From Zygophlyctis sp. KS116 (lineage: Eukaryota; Fungi; Chytridiomycota): 32,000 bases of DNA. The translations under genes were made by a program, and so were the position numbers. The stretch is from positions 60,670 through 92,669 of the forward strand of contig BAAFSQ010000007.1 of assembly GCA_054661495.1 (NCBI GenBank). The letters are read 5' to 3'. A model generated the notes under the pieces. That model made no database searches and had not been told where the DNA came from. It saw nothing but the letters and a program-made list of their open reading frames with translations. Numbering within the stretch: the first letter of the stretch is position 1; every line of letters starts with the position of its first letter. Of the stretch, positions 29,791 to 32,000 are shown in pieces.

Positions 29791-31585
29791 ATGCCGCCAA
29801 GAACCAAGGAAGAAAGAGCAGCCGCCAGAGCTGAAAAGAGAAAAGGGAAATCTGAAAACTCACCGGCGAGTTCAGTAGAAAGTTTGGCAATTTCTAATTT
29901 AAAATTGGAGAATAATAGATCTTCAACTGGGGTTTTGACTTCTCAGAAAGATTCTAGGGATGTAAAGATTGAACTTTATTCATTATCATTTTATTCTCAG
30001 GTTCTTATCAATGAATCTACTATCGAATTAAACTTTGGAAGAAGGTATGGTCTCTTGGGAGAAAATGGATCTGGAAAGTCTACTTTTTTAAATTCATTGG
30101 CTGCAAGGGAGGCTCCGATACCCGAGCACATTGATATTTATTTGCTAAATTCAGAATATCCGCCTACTGAAATGTCTGCACTTCAAGCAGTCATTGATGA
30201 TGCTGAAAAGGAATTGAAAAGATTGGAAAAATTAATGGAAGACATGATGGTGGATGATCCTGAAAATCCTTTATTAGATGATATTTATGAAAGAATTGAA
30301 AATATGGATGCTTCAACTTTTGAGTCTAGAGCTGCATCTATTCTTCATGGGTTGGGATTTACTGATGATAGAATGAAGAATAAGACAAAGGATTTGTCTG
30401 GTGGTTGGAGAATGAGAGTTGCATTGGCTAGAGCACTCTTTGTAAAACCAACTATATTGCTTTTAGATGAACCTACTAATCATTTGGATTTGGGTGCTGT
30501 GGTTTGGCTTGAAGAGTATCTTGCAAAATATGATAGAATATTATTGATTATTTCACACTCTCAAGATTTTTTGAATAGTGTTTGTACTAATATTGTGGAA
30601 TTGAATCATAAAAAGGAATTGGTTTACTATAGTGGAAATTATGATTCTTTTTACAAGACTAAATCTGAAAATGAAGTTAATCAACAAAAAGCTTATGAAA
30701 AACAACAAGAAGAAATCGCTCATATTAAAAAGTTCATTGCTTCTTGTGGTACATATGCAAATTTGGTCAAACAGGCAAAGTCTCGTCAAAAGATTCTTGA
30801 TAAGATGGAGGCTGATGGTCTAATTGAATCTGTTTTCAAGGCAAAATCTTTTGACTTTTCCTTTGAATCTGCTGGTCGATTGCCACCACCTGTCCTAGCA
30901 TTTACCGAAATGTGCTTTTCTTATAATGGTGATTTGAAGAATAATGCCATTTATAAGAATATCGAATTTGGAGTTGATACAGAGTCAAGAATTGCCCTTG
31001 TGGGTCCAAATGGTGCAGGAAAGTCTACGCTTTTGAAGCTCATGTCTGGGGAGTTGAGTCCTACTTCTGGCTCGATTTCTCGTCATTCGCATCTTAAATT
31101 GTGCAAATATAATCAGCATTCTGCTGATCAATTGGATACGGATATATCAGCTGTTGATTATTTACGAAAAACATTTTCTGACTTACCTCAAGACATAACA
31201 TTCTGGCGTCAACAAATAGGTCGTTTTGGATTAACTGGAAATTCCCAACTCTGCCCGATTGCGCAATTGTCAGATGGTCAAAAATCTAGAATTGTATTCT
31301 GTGAACTCTCCTTGTCAAAACCAAATGTTTTACTTCTCGATGAACCTACCAATGCCCTTGATATTGAAACCATTGATAGTTTAGCTAGAGCAATTAATAA
31401 CTTTGAAGGTGGAGTAGTTCTAGTATCTCACGATTTCAGACTGATTTCTCAAGTTGCAGAGGTAAATAACTTTCTTGTTTAAATTATAGCAAATATTCGT
31501 CTGCGAAAATGGAGCCATTTCTAAATGGGAAGGAAGTATCACTGATTACAAAAAGTTTCTCAGAAAACAAGTCCTCAGCTCTTAG
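29791..31585 (+). CDS. ARB1: ABC-F ATPase ARB1/ABCF2
   Basis: Two nucleotide-binding domains: [35 protein letters not shown]; [25 protein letters not shown]. Intron 31462-31489; last exon ends at TAG 31585. Confidence 0.95.
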
Positions 31586-32000
31586 TCATAATATTAAGAT
31601 TATCCATTTTATTAATTGTTGATACTGAGCATATTGATGATAATGGGCTTCCTGATCAGTGGAAGAATACTGATACTGATGATCATAGGAAAATTTCTAT
31701 GTAAATGAGTCCGTTCGGAATAGCCGTATCAAAATTCATTTTATCCACTTTTTCTGAGATTTTGGTTGAAGTGTCTGATGTAAGTTGTCCTTCTTCAGCT
31801 TTGAAATGACTCATTTTATCAACATTTTTTATAGGATTTTCCTATTTTTACGACAGAAAATGGCAAATAGTATTCCATCAATTAGAATTACCCCGGCCAA
31901 AACAATTAAAAGTATATGCACCACAAAAATCCTTTTGTTTCTACACCGGATGAACTCCGCACGGGCACAGTACTCACTGCGCCCATGCGTAACAGTTTAT

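Noticed and set aside
1686-30823. Many short overlapping or antisense ORFs in the track (e.g. 1686, 2582, 3455, 11225, 16053, 20115, 23454, 29552, 30553)
   Set aside because: They are shadows of well-supported genes and carry no motifs of their own.
31590-32000. Possible minus-strand membrane-protein fragment (IFVVHILLIVLAGVILIDGILFAIFCRKNRK)
   Set aside because: The frames are short and interrupted, with no convincing splice model or recognisable family inside the window.
1-32000. tRNA, rRNA or other structured RNA genes
   Set aside because: None was recognisable by eye and the intergenic gaps are very short. A covariance-model scan would be needed to exclude small RNAs.

Overview
AT-rich, very compact eukaryotic DNA with 23-31 nt GT-AG introns; gene content suggests an early-diverging, probably chytrid-like fungus (inference). 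The housekeeping backbone is: Sfi1-repeat protein (partial), CWC27, RAD5, mitochondrial S12, a CUL2-like cullin, a TM-ARM-SPRY protein, CNS1/TTC4, a PLP aminotransferase, a PCL-type cyclin, NAR1, three tandem MBOAT acyltransferases, a chalcone-isomerase-fold protein and ARB1/ABCF2. An accessory island at about 14.0-23.8 kb holds minus-strand Crinkler/CR-like effector genes: coiled-coil + trypsin proteases, header-only ORFs and two PD-(D/E)xK nucleases, plus a frameshifted NAD(P)-binding gene and a deleted GIY-YIG/Zn-knuckle remnant. The main observation is that cassette junctions fall inside host genes just after GGATCT and are flanked by long direct repeats (207, 468 and 543 bp) that leave an intact copy of each interrupted host gene. 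The same coiled-coil header also appears in frame with different C-termini. All calls come from manual reading and motif recognition; no searches were run.
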